Source: a virus (lineage: Duplodnaviria > Caudoviricetes). From it: a DNA stretch of 64,000 nt. The DNA lies in IMG/VR virus record IMGVR_UViG_3300021256_000002, positions 96,001-160,000 of that record; one strand, given 5' to 3'. The position numbers and the translations under genes were made by a program. Numbering within the stretch: position 1 is the stretch's first letter; every line of letters starts with the position of its first letter. The notes beneath the pieces are model-generated. The model did not search any database and was not told where the DNA came from. It saw only the letters and a list, made by a program, of their open reading frames with translations. Shown one piece after another: positions 28,238-37,665 of this stretch.

Positions 28238-28708
28238 TTGTTAAGTATCGAATACAAGAATTTCGTATTACAACCAAAAATAGTATTAGAGAATGATGAG
28301 GATAGGGATAACTTATTTCTTTTGCTTGCTATGGGTGTATGTGTACATTCAACTTGTGTACGCCGGATGTATGGAGTATTGGTTGTCAAGGATGATAAAA
28401 TTATTGGTACTGGATATAATGGAAACTACGACGGTTGTCATCGGGAATGTACAATCGAAGGTTCATGTCTAAGAGACTTGAATTGTGTTGATGATAATGC
28501 TAAGTTTGACCCTTGCTTGAGAGAAGAGCTTGGATTGAATTTAACATCTGAAGATTTGAAGGATACTACGTTCTATGTAGTATGCCACGATAGACTCCAA
28601 GGAAAACTGCTCGATGTGGGTATGAGTAGGTCTGTTATTGCTGAATTGAATGATATTGGAGTAAAGAGATTCGTTGTTGGTAAAAAATGTATCGATATGA
28701 CAAAATAA
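28238..28708 (+). CDS. dCMP deaminase-like protein lacking catalytic motifs
   Basis: STCVRRMYGVLVVKDDKIIGTGYNG...C...C.R N-terminal signature is present, but there is no HAE and no PCxxC. Confidence 0.7.
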   Translation: MLSIEYKNFVLQPKIVLENDEDRDNLFLLLAMGVCVHSTCVRRMYGVLVVKDDKIIGTGYNGNYDGCHRECTIEGSCLRDLNCVDDNAKFDPCLREELGLNLTSEDLKDTTFYVVCHDRLQGKLLDVGMSRSVIAELNDIGVKRFVVGKKCIDMTK

Positions 28709-28889
28709 ATTCGTCTAACATAAAAGTAATTCCCGATTATAAGGTATCTAATGGCCAGATACCGAAAAGAGAAAGAAGAGAGTGATATTTGGATCACTCT
28801 CTTCTTTTCCATATTTCAAATAACAAATCAAATATATAATATACTCGTGGTAAATGTATACTATTTCATTTAAGAAAGGAAGATTTTCT

Positions 28890-29309
28890 ATGAAGATTTC
28901 TGAGATGACCAAAGAAATCAGAGACTTCAAGGGCGATAAGGAAATACCAATCATCGCTCTTGGCTTCTATACCCAGATTATGGGTGAAGCCTACAACTCA
29001 TTTTCTCAGGGAAGAACGAGTTATCAACGTAAAATCAACTTATCAGTTGAACGTCTTGAACTCAATCTTTCGAAGCAGCAGAAAAGATACTCGTGTGATA
29101 TGAAGCATTTATGCAGTATCGGTACCAAATTGGTAGAGTATCTTCGTAATGACGGATGCGTTGTAGATGATGAATGTCTTGTACGCGAGTTGCAGTATAT
29201 AACAATGCTTAATGCTGCTAAAAAAGCTAATGCTATTAATACGATTACCAAGTCGCAGTCTAGCGCTAGACATCGTAATCTTGTATTATCTATTAAGTAT
29301 GAATTATAA
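28890..29309 (+). CDS. Hypothetical early protein
   Basis: RBS before MKISEM; early promoter at 28826-28843. Confidence 0.65.
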   Translation: MKISEMTKEIRDFKGDKEIPIIALGFYTQIMGEAYNSFSQGRTSYQRKINLSVERLELNLSKQQKRYSCDMKHLCSIGTKLVEYLRNDGCVVDDECLVRELQYITMLNAAKKANAINTITKSQSSARHRNLVLSIKYEL

Positions 29310-29322
29310 GGAGGAAAAGCTA

Positions 29323-30009
29323 ATGGCTAAAGAGATCGAAGTAAAATATTTGGTGAGTATGCAGGGTTTTCCGTTTGATATTATTCCGACATCAGACACA
29401 AATCAGTACCTGCTTTCTGGAAAGTTAAGTGTTCAGGGGTATCTCTCATCAGATGAGGGGCATGCAACGCGGTTACAGATTCGCACTCGTTCTATTGATG
29501 GATTGACTCCAGAGACTCCAATCATGTTCAAGGACGTTTTTTGCCACATGAACATCAAAGGTTCTAGGGATATGGAGACTCGTGATGAGTTCGAGTTCCC
29601 TGTCCCAAGAAAATACGCTTGCGATATTCTGAATCTCGTAAATGAGCGGATTATGAAAGTTCGTTTATCTACCAGTTTTGGGTGGGATATTGATGTGTAC
29701 TTGGGTAGCAACGCTGGACTTGTTGTTGCCGAAAAGGAGTACGCAAGTACTGAAGAACTTCGTGCTGATAGCACCCCGTACTGGTGTGTACGTAATCTCA
29801 CGTACGAAGATAAGTTCTACAATCGTAATCTTGCGGTTACTCCGTTCACTGAACTGGATAACTTCGAAGAGATTGTAACGGCTATTCATGGCGACCGTGA
29901 ATGTATGGCAGATTTTGTCCAATCAACGGTTGCTCCATATGAAAAGAAGATTGCTAAGCTGCTTGATGGCTATGCCAAGTATGTCAGCGAAAGCATCGCT
30001 ATTGCTTAA
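29323..30009 (+). CDS. CYTH-domain protein (triphosphate tunnel metalloenzyme)
   Basis: MAKEIEVKYLV (ExExK), QGYLS, RDEFEFPV, WDIDVYLGSNAGLVVAEKE; AGGAGG RBS. Confidence 0.85.
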   Translation: MAKEIEVKYLVSMQGFPFDIIPTSDTNQYLLSGKLSVQGYLSSDEGHATRLQIRTRSIDGLTPETPIMFKDVFCHMNIKGSRDMETRDEFEFPVPRKYACDILNLVNERIMKVRLSTSFGWDIDVYLGSNAGLVVAEKEYASTEELRADSTPYWCVRNLTYEDKFYNRNLAVTPFTELDNFEEIVTAIHGDRECMADFVQSTVAPYEKKIAKLLDGYAKYVSESIAIA

Positions 30010-30069
30010 GTAACAAAAGAAAGACCAGCATATATAATTACTGGTCTTTCTTTTTCTATGTTCCGTTGA

Positions 30070-30627
30070 TTATTTACGAGAATGCTTGAGGTGATATCCG
30101 TTCTTTTCTAACGTTTCAACGAATATTTTCAATTTACCACTTCCGACATTACTAAATTTAGTTAAATCTTCATACGTATACAAATCCAAGAAATCTTCTA
30201 ATGATATCGTCTCGCAATCACGAGTTCCTCTTAATACCGGATTGTATACTGCTGTTGGTAAGTACTTGTAGCAGAAGTACAATAAGCTGATAGGAGGCCG
30301 ATCACCTTCACGATTCAATACATTAATGATATTATTCAAGTTTCTGAGTACTGCTTTAATATTCTTATTGACAGAAGCAGCTGAAGTACTGAGTATCTTA
30401 GCAATTTCAGTATCGGTTATGGATTCGTTTTCTTTAAGCATATAAAACGCTACACTTGCCATATCAAATCCACACTGCGGATTGTTATACATGATCTCCA
30501 ATGCTTTACGCATAATATCGACATTCGTGGTGTTAAATTCAAAGCTGTTATACCTCTTAATTTTCGTACTATTAAGCAGGACTTCTGCACAACCAACGAA
30601 TTCCTCTAATGCGATTTCTTTTTCCAT
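30070..30627 (-). CDS. HTH + RNA polymerase alpha-CTD-like protein
   Basis: TDTEIAKILSTSAASVNK (sigma region 4-like HTH); LPTAVYNPVLRG...EDLTKFSNVGSGKL resembles alpha-CTD LSVRSYNCL...DLLK.RNLG.KSL. Confidence 0.65.
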   Translation of the reverse strand: MEKEIALEEFVGCAEVLLNSTKIKRYNSFEFNTTNVDIMRKALEIMYNNPQCGFDMASVAFYMLKENESITDTEIAKILSTSAASVNKNIKAVLRNLNNIINVLNREGDRPPISLLYFCYKYLPTAVYNPVLRGTRDCETISLEDFLDLYTYEDLTKFSNVGSGKLKIFVETLEKNGYHLKHSRK

Positions 30628-30742
30628 TCAAACCATTCCTTTCTTTTTTACATGAGTTTGTATCTTATACCTAACTATATTATATATTTGAAAATCAAAT
30701 TGTTGAATTTGACTCTATAATAAAAGTGCAGGTGATATAGAA

Positions 30743-33700
30743 ATGGATAGAGTTTTTCGTACCCAAGCATTGAAAGAAGGATATGAACCTACTATGGAAG
30801 AATTTTCTAAAGCAGTGTATACTAAAAAGTACAAATCTTTTGATGAGTTCTGCAGTGTTTTTCATACTTTCGATGACTTGGTGATTTGGTTTCATGCTAA
30901 TAGAATAAAATGGCCAAAGTATGATACGTATAGTCGTGAAGATCCTTTAAATTATACGGGATCAGTAACTTGGCCTGACGAACTCCTTAAAACTAAAACA
31001 GGCGTATGCTTCGATCATGCATTATTCGCCTATATGTTTTGCAAGAGGAATGGTATCCCGGCTAAAATATATAGATTTAGTAGATTTTATAATTTAGCCA
31101 AAACGAAGATGGAAACTACGTTATATTGTAGCTCACACTTCGTTACATTAGTTAAACGTAAATTTGGTTATTGGATGTTTTCTTATTCTGGCACTGGTTC
31201 AGATACGGCTGGACCGTTTGATACTGAAAAAAGTTTCGTTAAATGGTTCAGTAAAAGATTTGCTGAAACATTTGAGATGATGACCGGTGTAAATGATAAG
31301 ATAAAATATCATATGAATGTATTACCAGAATCCATAACGGATAATAAATTCCCTACGAAATTTCCTGATTACAATGATCGATATACAATTCGTCATGGTG
31401 CATTTACCGATAAAGATATGGATTTCATATTGTCAAATATCGGAAATAAACGTATAACTATAAACGAATTTGTCGAAAAGAGTGATGGATGTCATTTCGA
31501 TGAAGATAAAAAAGTTATCAAGCATTCGTTGCTTGATGTTATCAGAAATAATTTTAGAGCTTTAGTAGGCAAATCTGCTAATAAAATATATAGATTCTTT
31601 ACCGATAATCGTAAATCAGTAAAAGAAGATTTAAACTATAAAGTGGGTGATGACTTGGATAACGAAAAAATGGTTAATGAAGGATTCTTTGATAGATTTA
31701 AGAAGAAATATTCTGACGAAGAACTTCTTAAGATGAACAACGAAATGGTTCGTATGAATAAGAAGGATGGTAATGCATACTGGAACACTCACGGTGTTCC
31801 TATTCAGGATAAACTCTACAACATGTCACCTGAGGAAACTTCACCTGAAATAAGAAAAGCTATTGCCATTAAAGCATGTTCTGTATTCAAATCATGCTTA
31901 AGTAAAATCAAAGATCCTAATTTCAGAAAAGCAGTTACCTTTAGGAAGCCATCGAACGCTGAAATGAATGAATGGGTTGAGACTGGCGAAGGTCTTTGGT
32001 TTGGCAATTGGAACTTATGGACATTTACACCCAAAGCACGCACAGATACAGATTCTAATATTTATTTCTGGAATATTATGCAAGGATTCCTTAACGAATG
32101 TAATATTAGATTAGGTAACAGATCGTTCAAAATTGAATCGGATGGTGATTGGGACGATGGAGCTATTGGCTTAGTTGATAGAACAGTTACCACTGAATCA
32201 TATGAACAGACTATGGAAAAAACTGTTACTTATGGAGAAGAACTTGCTCCTAAGAACATGAACCATTTCAAGATAAGAGAAGATCGAAAAGATATGACTC
32301 GTGGATATATGGACCCTGAAGTAATTTATAATCCTCCAAAGAATTTCAAGAATCTTGATCAGATATCTGGACTTGAATTGCAGACCTTCAAAGGGTTCAG
32401 AAAGCTTGATGATGATATCAAGATGATTTTCCATTCAGGAAGTGATTATAACTGTATTGGATACATTCGCTGTCCTGAAACAGGTATTCAGCTGACAAAG
32501 AGATGGATGCCTGAAGCATCCGGTCGTATTGAAAGATATGATTACTACATCAAAGACTCGAAAGGTCATGGTGGTAAATTCGAACTTTGGTTTAATCCTG
32601 ATAGACATTATGCATCTGAAGCTGCTCTTGTATTGGAAGCAAGTGCGCATGGTGAAGAAATTTCTATGCAGGATGTAAAACGAAAGATTAGGTTTGTTGA
32701 AGGTGATAAGGGTACAATGAATTCGGTATATGTAATGAATGGAAAGCAATATCGAGTTCGTGTAGAAACTCTTGTTGTGAGAAATCTTCATGGTGAACCT
32801 CATATCTTCTTCCAGAAGAAAGACAAACCTTCTTCATATGGTCAGATGTATAAACTCCCAGGTGGGTCAGTTGAACCTAATAAGGATTGGGCTACTCAAG
32901 CATCTGCTGAATGTAATGAAGAGATACTTACTAAGATAAAGAATATTCGATATACTGGAGTAAGTTATATCAAAGAGTATCCTCCAGGTAAAACTCCATC
33001 TTGGCAGAGAGCAAGTGTTCTCTATCAGAAAGGGGTAGATTATACTGGAGCTATTACCTTTGTATTCGTTGCTGAGTATGATGGTCCATATAAAAAATAC
33101 GTACATGCTATTGACAGAGACAGTCTTGCAAAGGAAGGTAAATGGTATCCAGTAAAAGATTTCAATCATCTCTGTAATGATGAGCACAAAGGAATCATCT
33201 ACGGAGTAAAGCTGGTATCTGATGAACCTTCTGCAGATGCAATGACTGAAGGTTTTCAACCAATAGAGGAGGTATCTGTTGTGAAGAAGATAGTTGGTAA
33301 AGTTTTCGGGAAAGATAAGCAAGCTACCAAAGAACGTCAGATGAGTGCTGAACGATTGAAGCGTCGTAAAGATGTAGTCAATCATACCTTCGATTTCGTT
33401 GGTAAGTTCCTAGCTAAAACGCTCAAGAATCCTGAATTTGCTAGATGCTTTACGAAAGATGAGAGTATGCTTCGTAAATGGGAACAAGGCGGAGGCAAAT
33501 ACACCACCGTCCTGTATTGGGATAAGAAGAGATTCAAAGGTAGTGACGAGGAATGGAATAAATACTATAAAGCATTTAGACGAGAAGTATCCATGCATCG
33601 TACAGATGTAAAAGGGTTTTCAATTGGTTGTGCAAGAGGTTCAAACTCTTCTAACGGTTTGATTCAATTGACTGACCATAGTAAGTTATGGAGACCTTTG

Positions 33701-33850
33701 AATGAGGTATTTGCAACCAAGGAGGATTATTCTTTGATGGGTTCGTTACCAAAAAAGAAAGTCCATCGCAAGGTTGTATCTCGTCATGCGATGAATGGTA
33801 AGAATAAGGTTAAAATCGTTAGTCAGGAGCAGTATCCTGATTGGTTCTAA
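30743..33850 (+). CDS. Multidomain protein: transglutaminase-like N-terminus and Nudix hydrolase
   Basis: GVCFDHALF...SHFVTL (Cys-His); Nudix box PGGSVEPNKDWATQASAECNEEIL. Confidence 0.7.
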   Translation: MDRVFRTQALKEGYEPTMEEFSKAVYTKKYKSFDEFCSVFHTFDDLVIWFHANRIKWPKYDTYSREDPLNYTGSVTWPDELLKTKTGVCFDHALFAYMFCKRNGIPAKIYRFSRFYNLAKTKMETTLYCSSHFVTLVKRKFGYWMFSYSGTGSDTAGPFDTEKSFVKWFSKRFAETFEMMTGVNDKIKYHMNVLPESITDNKFPTKFPDYNDRYTIRHGAFTDKDMDFILSNIGNKRITINEFVEKSDGCHFDEDKKVIKHSLLDVIRNNFRALVGKSANKIYRFFTDNRKSVKEDLNYKVGDDLDNEKMVNEGFFDRFKKKYSDEELLKMNNEMVRMNKKDGNAYWNTHGVPIQDKLYNMSPEETSPEIRKAIAIKACSVFKSCLSKIKDPNFRKAVTFRKPSNAEMNEWVETGEGLWFGNWNLWTFTPKARTDTDSNIYFWNIMQGFLNECNIRLGNRSFKIESDGDWDDGAIGLVDRTVTTESYEQTMEKTVTYGEELAPKNMNHFKIREDRKDMTRGYMDPEVIYNPPKNFKNLDQISGLELQTFKGFRKLDDDIKMIFHSGSDYNCIGYIRCPETGIQLTKRWMPEASGRIERYDYYIKDSKGHGGKFELWFNPDRHYASEAALVLEASAHGEEISMQDVKRKIRFVEGDKGTMNSVYVMNGKQYRVRVETLVVRNLHGEPHIFFQKKDKPSSYGQMYKLPGGSVEPNKDWATQASAECNEEILTKIKNIRYTGVSYIKEYPPGKTPSWQRASVLYQKGVDYTGAITFVFVAEYDGPYKKYVHAIDRDSLAKEGKWYPVKDFNHLCNDEHKGIIYGVKLVSDEPSADAMTEGFQPIEEVSVVKKIVGKVFGKDKQATKERQMSAERLKRRKDVVNHTFDFVGKFLAKTLKNPEFARCFTKDESMLRKWEQGGGKYTTVLYWDKKRFKGSDEEWNKYYKAFRREVSMHRTDVKGFSIGCARGSNSSNGLIQLTDHSKLWRPLNEVFATKEDYSLMGSLPKKKVHRKVVSRHAMNGKNKVKIVSQEQYPDWF

Positions 33851-33944
33851 GAAAAAGAAGAAAGAGTACCTAACAGTACTCTTTCTTCTGTTCATTTTAT
33901 TTTCTAAATACCAATACACATCTAACTAAATTTTAGGAGGTGAT

Positions 33945-34931
33945 TTGATGCACCCTTTAGATGCAAAATCATATTCAGATTTATTCACTAAGGATAATCT
34001 GAAAGCCGATTATATTGAATTGATGAAAACATATCATCCTGATAGATATAAAGGTAGTGATGCAAGCAAAATTTGTGCTAAGATCAATGCGCTATACGAA
34101 GAGGCTAAAGCACATGTTAATGATGATACGTGGGGCGATGAATCCAATGTCATTTATATAACACGTAAAAATGATATAAAAATGCGTGTTAAATATCTAT
34201 ATCAGGGGATCAATGAAACCGGAGAATACTACATAGGTAATACCATAGTAATATTCTCCTTCACTAAAAAGAAATTTTTTGATAATTATTTGTCATCTGT
34301 AAAGAAAATAAAGTACGCCGATGATAAGATTAAAAATTATTTTAAGCGTTTTATGCCGGAAATAATTGATAGCTTTACATCGGTAGATGATAAATACTAT
34401 ATCGTTGTTAAGAAAACAGCCGACGTATATCCACTCTGGTTGGTTAAGGATATCTTTAAACAGAAAGAGCATGCTGCTTGGTTATCAACACGATTGTTTA
34501 ATCTTTCAGCATTTTTATCAACGAGTGGTATCGTGCATAATGGTATATCCATTAGCAATATATTTGTATCATTGGAATTTCATGGAGCTTCTCTCTTAGG
34601 TGGATGGCAGTACGCTACATCAGAGGGTAGCAAAATGATTGGAACCAATAAAGAAGTATATTCGGTAATGTCGCCAAGTACTAAAGCAAATAAGCTTGCT
34701 AATTATAATACAGATACGATGGCTATAAAACACATTATATGCAGATTACTTGGTGGTAAAACATATCGAGACTTTGTAAACATCGTTGGTGAGGTATGGG
34801 CTGACTTTCTTATGCAGAGTGAAGACCAACCAATCGACGTTGTTCATAAATGGGAAGATGTACGCGATAAATCATTTAAAGAGCACAGATTTGTCAAAGT
34901 AGATATTCCCGAAAATGTTTATACAAAATAG
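33945..34931 (+). CDS. J-domain (HPD) + degenerate protein-kinase-like fold
   Basis: YIELMKTYHPD; IVHNGISISNIFV and LLGGW at the kinase catalytic-loop and DFG positions. Confidence 0.7.
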   Translation: MMHPLDAKSYSDLFTKDNLKADYIELMKTYHPDRYKGSDASKICAKINALYEEAKAHVNDDTWGDESNVIYITRKNDIKMRVKYLYQGINETGEYYIGNTIVIFSFTKKKFFDNYLSSVKKIKYADDKIKNYFKRFMPEIIDSFTSVDDKYYIVVKKTADVYPLWLVKDIFKQKEHAAWLSTRLFNLSAFLSTSGIVHNGISISNIFVSLEFHGASLLGGWQYATSEGSKMIGTNKEVYSVMSPSTKANKLANYNTDTMAIKHIICRLLGGKTYRDFVNIVGEVWADFLMQSEDQPIDVVHKWEDVRDKSFKEHRFVKVDIPENVYTK

Positions 34932-34943
34932 GAGGTAATTATT

Positions 34944-35891
34944 ATGGGCTGTGGTTCTTGGACATCATCATCGTGGGATTCTTACAAAAAATCGAAGAGC
35001 ATTGACGATAGGTCAACTGTAAGTTCGATCTATCACTCTTCTGAGTGTAAAGACACGATGAATCCGAAGGGAGTAAACGTAAGAGAATCACGGGACTCGG
35101 ATGAACATCCGAATTCCAATGCAATTATCCTCGGGCTTGATGTTACTGGCTCGATGGGATCGACCGCAGAAACTATCGCAAAAGGTGGTCTGAATGATAT
35201 CATTACCGGAATATACGATAAGGATATCTTGGAAGACCCGCAGATAATGGTCGCTGCTATTGGCGATACGTATTATGATGAAGCACCTTTGCAGGTTGGT
35301 CAGTTTGAATCTGACATCCGTGCAGCTGAAAATCTGACGGATATTTGGTTTGAAGCCGGCGGCGGCGGAAATGGTGGAGAGTCATATTTGGCTCTTTGGT
35401 ATTTCGCGGCACGCCATACAAGCATTGACTGCTTCGAAAAGCGTGGCAAGAAAGGTGTTATCTTCACAATTGGAGATGAACCTTGCTGCGCAAGATTGCC
35501 GAAAGACCATATCGAAAAGTTTTTTGGTGATAAAGTACAGGCGGATATCAAAGCAGAAGATATTCTTGCTGAGGTATCAAAAATGTATGACGTGTATCAT
35601 ATTGGATTACGTGAATACGGATTCAATAAAGACGGGTATGGATTCTATCATGATGCAGAAAGTTTTTGGCCTGATCTTTTAGGCGAACGGGCTATGCTGA
35701 TTAAGGGCGAAAAAGATGAAAATCTTGATCGTATCCCTGCTATCATCAACGCAACGCTGGAATTGCGTATGGGACGTAAGTTAGAAGACGTTACCAAAGA
35801 CATGGATTCCTCCACTGCATTGGTTGTAAGAAATGCAGTTGGTGGGCTTAGCGCCGAAAAAGTTGGAAGTGGAGAGTTAGTGGAGTTTTAA
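34944..35891 (+). CDS. von Willebrand A domain protein
   Basis: MIDAS-like LGLDVTGSMG, GGGNGGESY and FTIGDE motifs. Confidence 0.8.
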   Translation: MGCGSWTSSSWDSYKKSKSIDDRSTVSSIYHSSECKDTMNPKGVNVRESRDSDEHPNSNAIILGLDVTGSMGSTAETIAKGGLNDIITGIYDKDILEDPQIMVAAIGDTYYDEAPLQVGQFESDIRAAENLTDIWFEAGGGGNGGESYLALWYFAARHTSIDCFEKRGKKGVIFTIGDEPCCARLPKDHIEKFFGDKVQADIKAEDILAEVSKMYDVYHIGLREYGFNKDGYGFYHDAESFWPDLLGERAMLIKGEKDENLDRIPAIINATLELRMGRKLEDVTKDMDSSTALVVRNAVGGLSAEKVGSGELVEF

Positions 35892-35893
35892 TC

Positions 35894-37075
35894 ATGAATG
35901 ATACACTTAGACCGATCCAAGTCGTCATCGGAGCAAATTACGGTGACGAAGGAAAAGGCCAGACGGTGTATGATATTGCTAAGAAGTTTAGAGCCGAGGG
36001 TTTTAAGAACGATGAAATCCTCGGTATAAAGTATAATGGCGGAGCCCAAGCAGGTCATACTGCAAAAGGCTTCGTTCATCATACTCTTTCTTCTGGTGGT
36101 ACACCGACTTATCTGGCAAGAGATTTTATATTCAATCCGGTGGCGTTAAATCGAGAATGTGTTGATTATATGGTCAAACGGATGATGCCGCCTGAAAAAG
36201 TATACGTTGATCCGAAGTGCCGTGTTACAACACCAGTCGATATATTGATGAATCAAATCATCGAGACCGTACGCAATAAAGATCGGCATGGGTCATGTGG
36301 AATGGGTATACATGCAACAATTGTGCGTAGTAAAACCCTTCCTCTTTTTGCAATAGATCTCATTAGCGATTCATTTAATCGAAGCATGTTCGCAAAAGCA
36401 ATATCAATTCATTTTGATGGGTTCTGCCAAGCAATTAGAGATATTCCTGAGCAATTTCAGGATATTGATATAGAATCTGTAATGAACGATTTCTATAAAG
36501 AGGCAGATCGTTGCTTAAAAGAATATGCATCCATTAGATCCCAAAAAGAAGTAGTTCCATTCGCAAGTAGATTTATCTTTGAAGGAAGCCAAGGATTACT
36601 TCTTGATATGGATAATAAAGATAATTATCCGCACGTAACTCCATCTCATCCCGGATCCCAATATGTGATTAAGTTAATACGCACTTACTTTACTCCCTTT
36701 AAAGAATGGGGTAATATCGGTGAATCTATAACGGTGAATTATGTACTGCGTACATTTGTCACACGACATGGAGCAGGCCCTCTCCCTCATGAAGAGGATA
36801 TCAAATATATTCTTGGTAAAAATGGGGAAGGTGACAGTACAAACATCCCTAATGAATGGCAAGGAACTATGCGATATGCAAAATACCCAGAAGATTATGG
36901 CTTGTCTCAGATAAACCATGATAGACAACTCTGGTATGACGCATGGATACATCCGGAATTTAAGCCAATTATTACATGGCAAGATGTTCGTCCTACGATT
37001 GCATCAGTATCTGGGGATCTGTCAATCGATGACTATATTAATACATTCATTTCATCGTTCACTCCATTCTCTTGA
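35894..37075 (+). CDS. Adenylosuccinate synthetase-like (divergent PurA family)
   Basis: GANYGDEGKG, NGGAQAGHT, HGSCGMGI, FEGSQGLLLD and TRHGAGP motifs. Confidence 0.85.
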   Translation: MNDTLRPIQVVIGANYGDEGKGQTVYDIAKKFRAEGFKNDEILGIKYNGGAQAGHTAKGFVHHTLSSGGTPTYLARDFIFNPVALNRECVDYMVKRMMPPEKVYVDPKCRVTTPVDILMNQIIETVRNKDRHGSCGMGIHATIVRSKTLPLFAIDLISDSFNRSMFAKAISIHFDGFCQAIRDIPEQFQDIDIESVMNDFYKEADRCLKEYASIRSQKEVVPFASRFIFEGSQGLLLDMDNKDNYPHVTPSHPGSQYVIKLIRTYFTPFKEWGNIGESITVNYVLRTFVTRHGAGPLPHEEDIKYILGKNGEGDSTNIPNEWQGTMRYAKYPEDYGLSQINHDRQLWYDAWIHPEFKPIITWQDVRPTIASVSGDLSIDDYINTFISSFTPFS

Positions 37076-37163
37076 TACTGAAAATAACAGAGCGTGAATA
37101 AAATCATGCTCTGTTATTTTCTATTTATGCGTTTATATATTAATAAATAAAGGAGGAATAAAA

Positions 37164-37547
37164 ATGGGTATTAAATTTAATTTGGATGATTTTGTTAATA
37201 AAATGGGTAATGATCCGATGAGTGTTAACATGAAAGAAGTTAATGAATCACGAATTTTAGAACTCGCGGATGCTCTTCAAGGTATGATACGTGATGGTAA
37301 AAAAATAAAGTATGATCACATATCCATTATCTCTGATGCAATGGATAAAGCTGGTGACCTTTGTAATATGTATTTATTAGTGATGCAATGCACTGGTAAA
37401 CAAAACGAAATTCCTGAAGATGTTATCAATGCGATTAAGTTCATACATACATTCGATAATGATAAAATCATGTCAATACTTGATGATGAATCGAAACATA
37501 TGATAGAAACAATGAAAAAATTTGATAATTTATTTGGAAAGAATTAA
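37164..37547 (+). CDS. Hypothetical protein
   Basis: 127 aa, AGGAGG RBS, flanked by terminators. Confidence 0.7.
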   Translation: MGIKFNLDDFVNKMGNDPMSVNMKEVNESRILELADALQGMIRDGKKIKYDHISIISDAMDKAGDLCNMYLLVMQCTGKQNEIPEDVINAIKFIHTFDNDKIMSILDDESKHMIETMKKFDNLFGKN

Positions 37548-37609
37548 TAATAGGAGCAGGAATATTCCTGCTCCTATTTATGATAATGATATGAATTGAT
37601 TATCTGAAA

Positions 37610-37627
37610 TTTCAAATATATAATATA
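37610..37627 (+). promoter_or_regulatory. Early-type promoter TTTCAAATATATAATATA
   Basis: The identical 18-mer also occurs at 9000 (+), 30676 (-) and 54870 (-). Confidence 0.75.
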
Positions 37628-37665
37628 CATACGTATGTTTATACTATATTTTAGGGGGTATTGTT

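Noticed and set aside
35894-37075. PurZ (2-aminoadenine DNA) hypothesis
   Set aside because: The P-loop is GDEGKG as in PurA, not the GSTGKG typical of PurZ.
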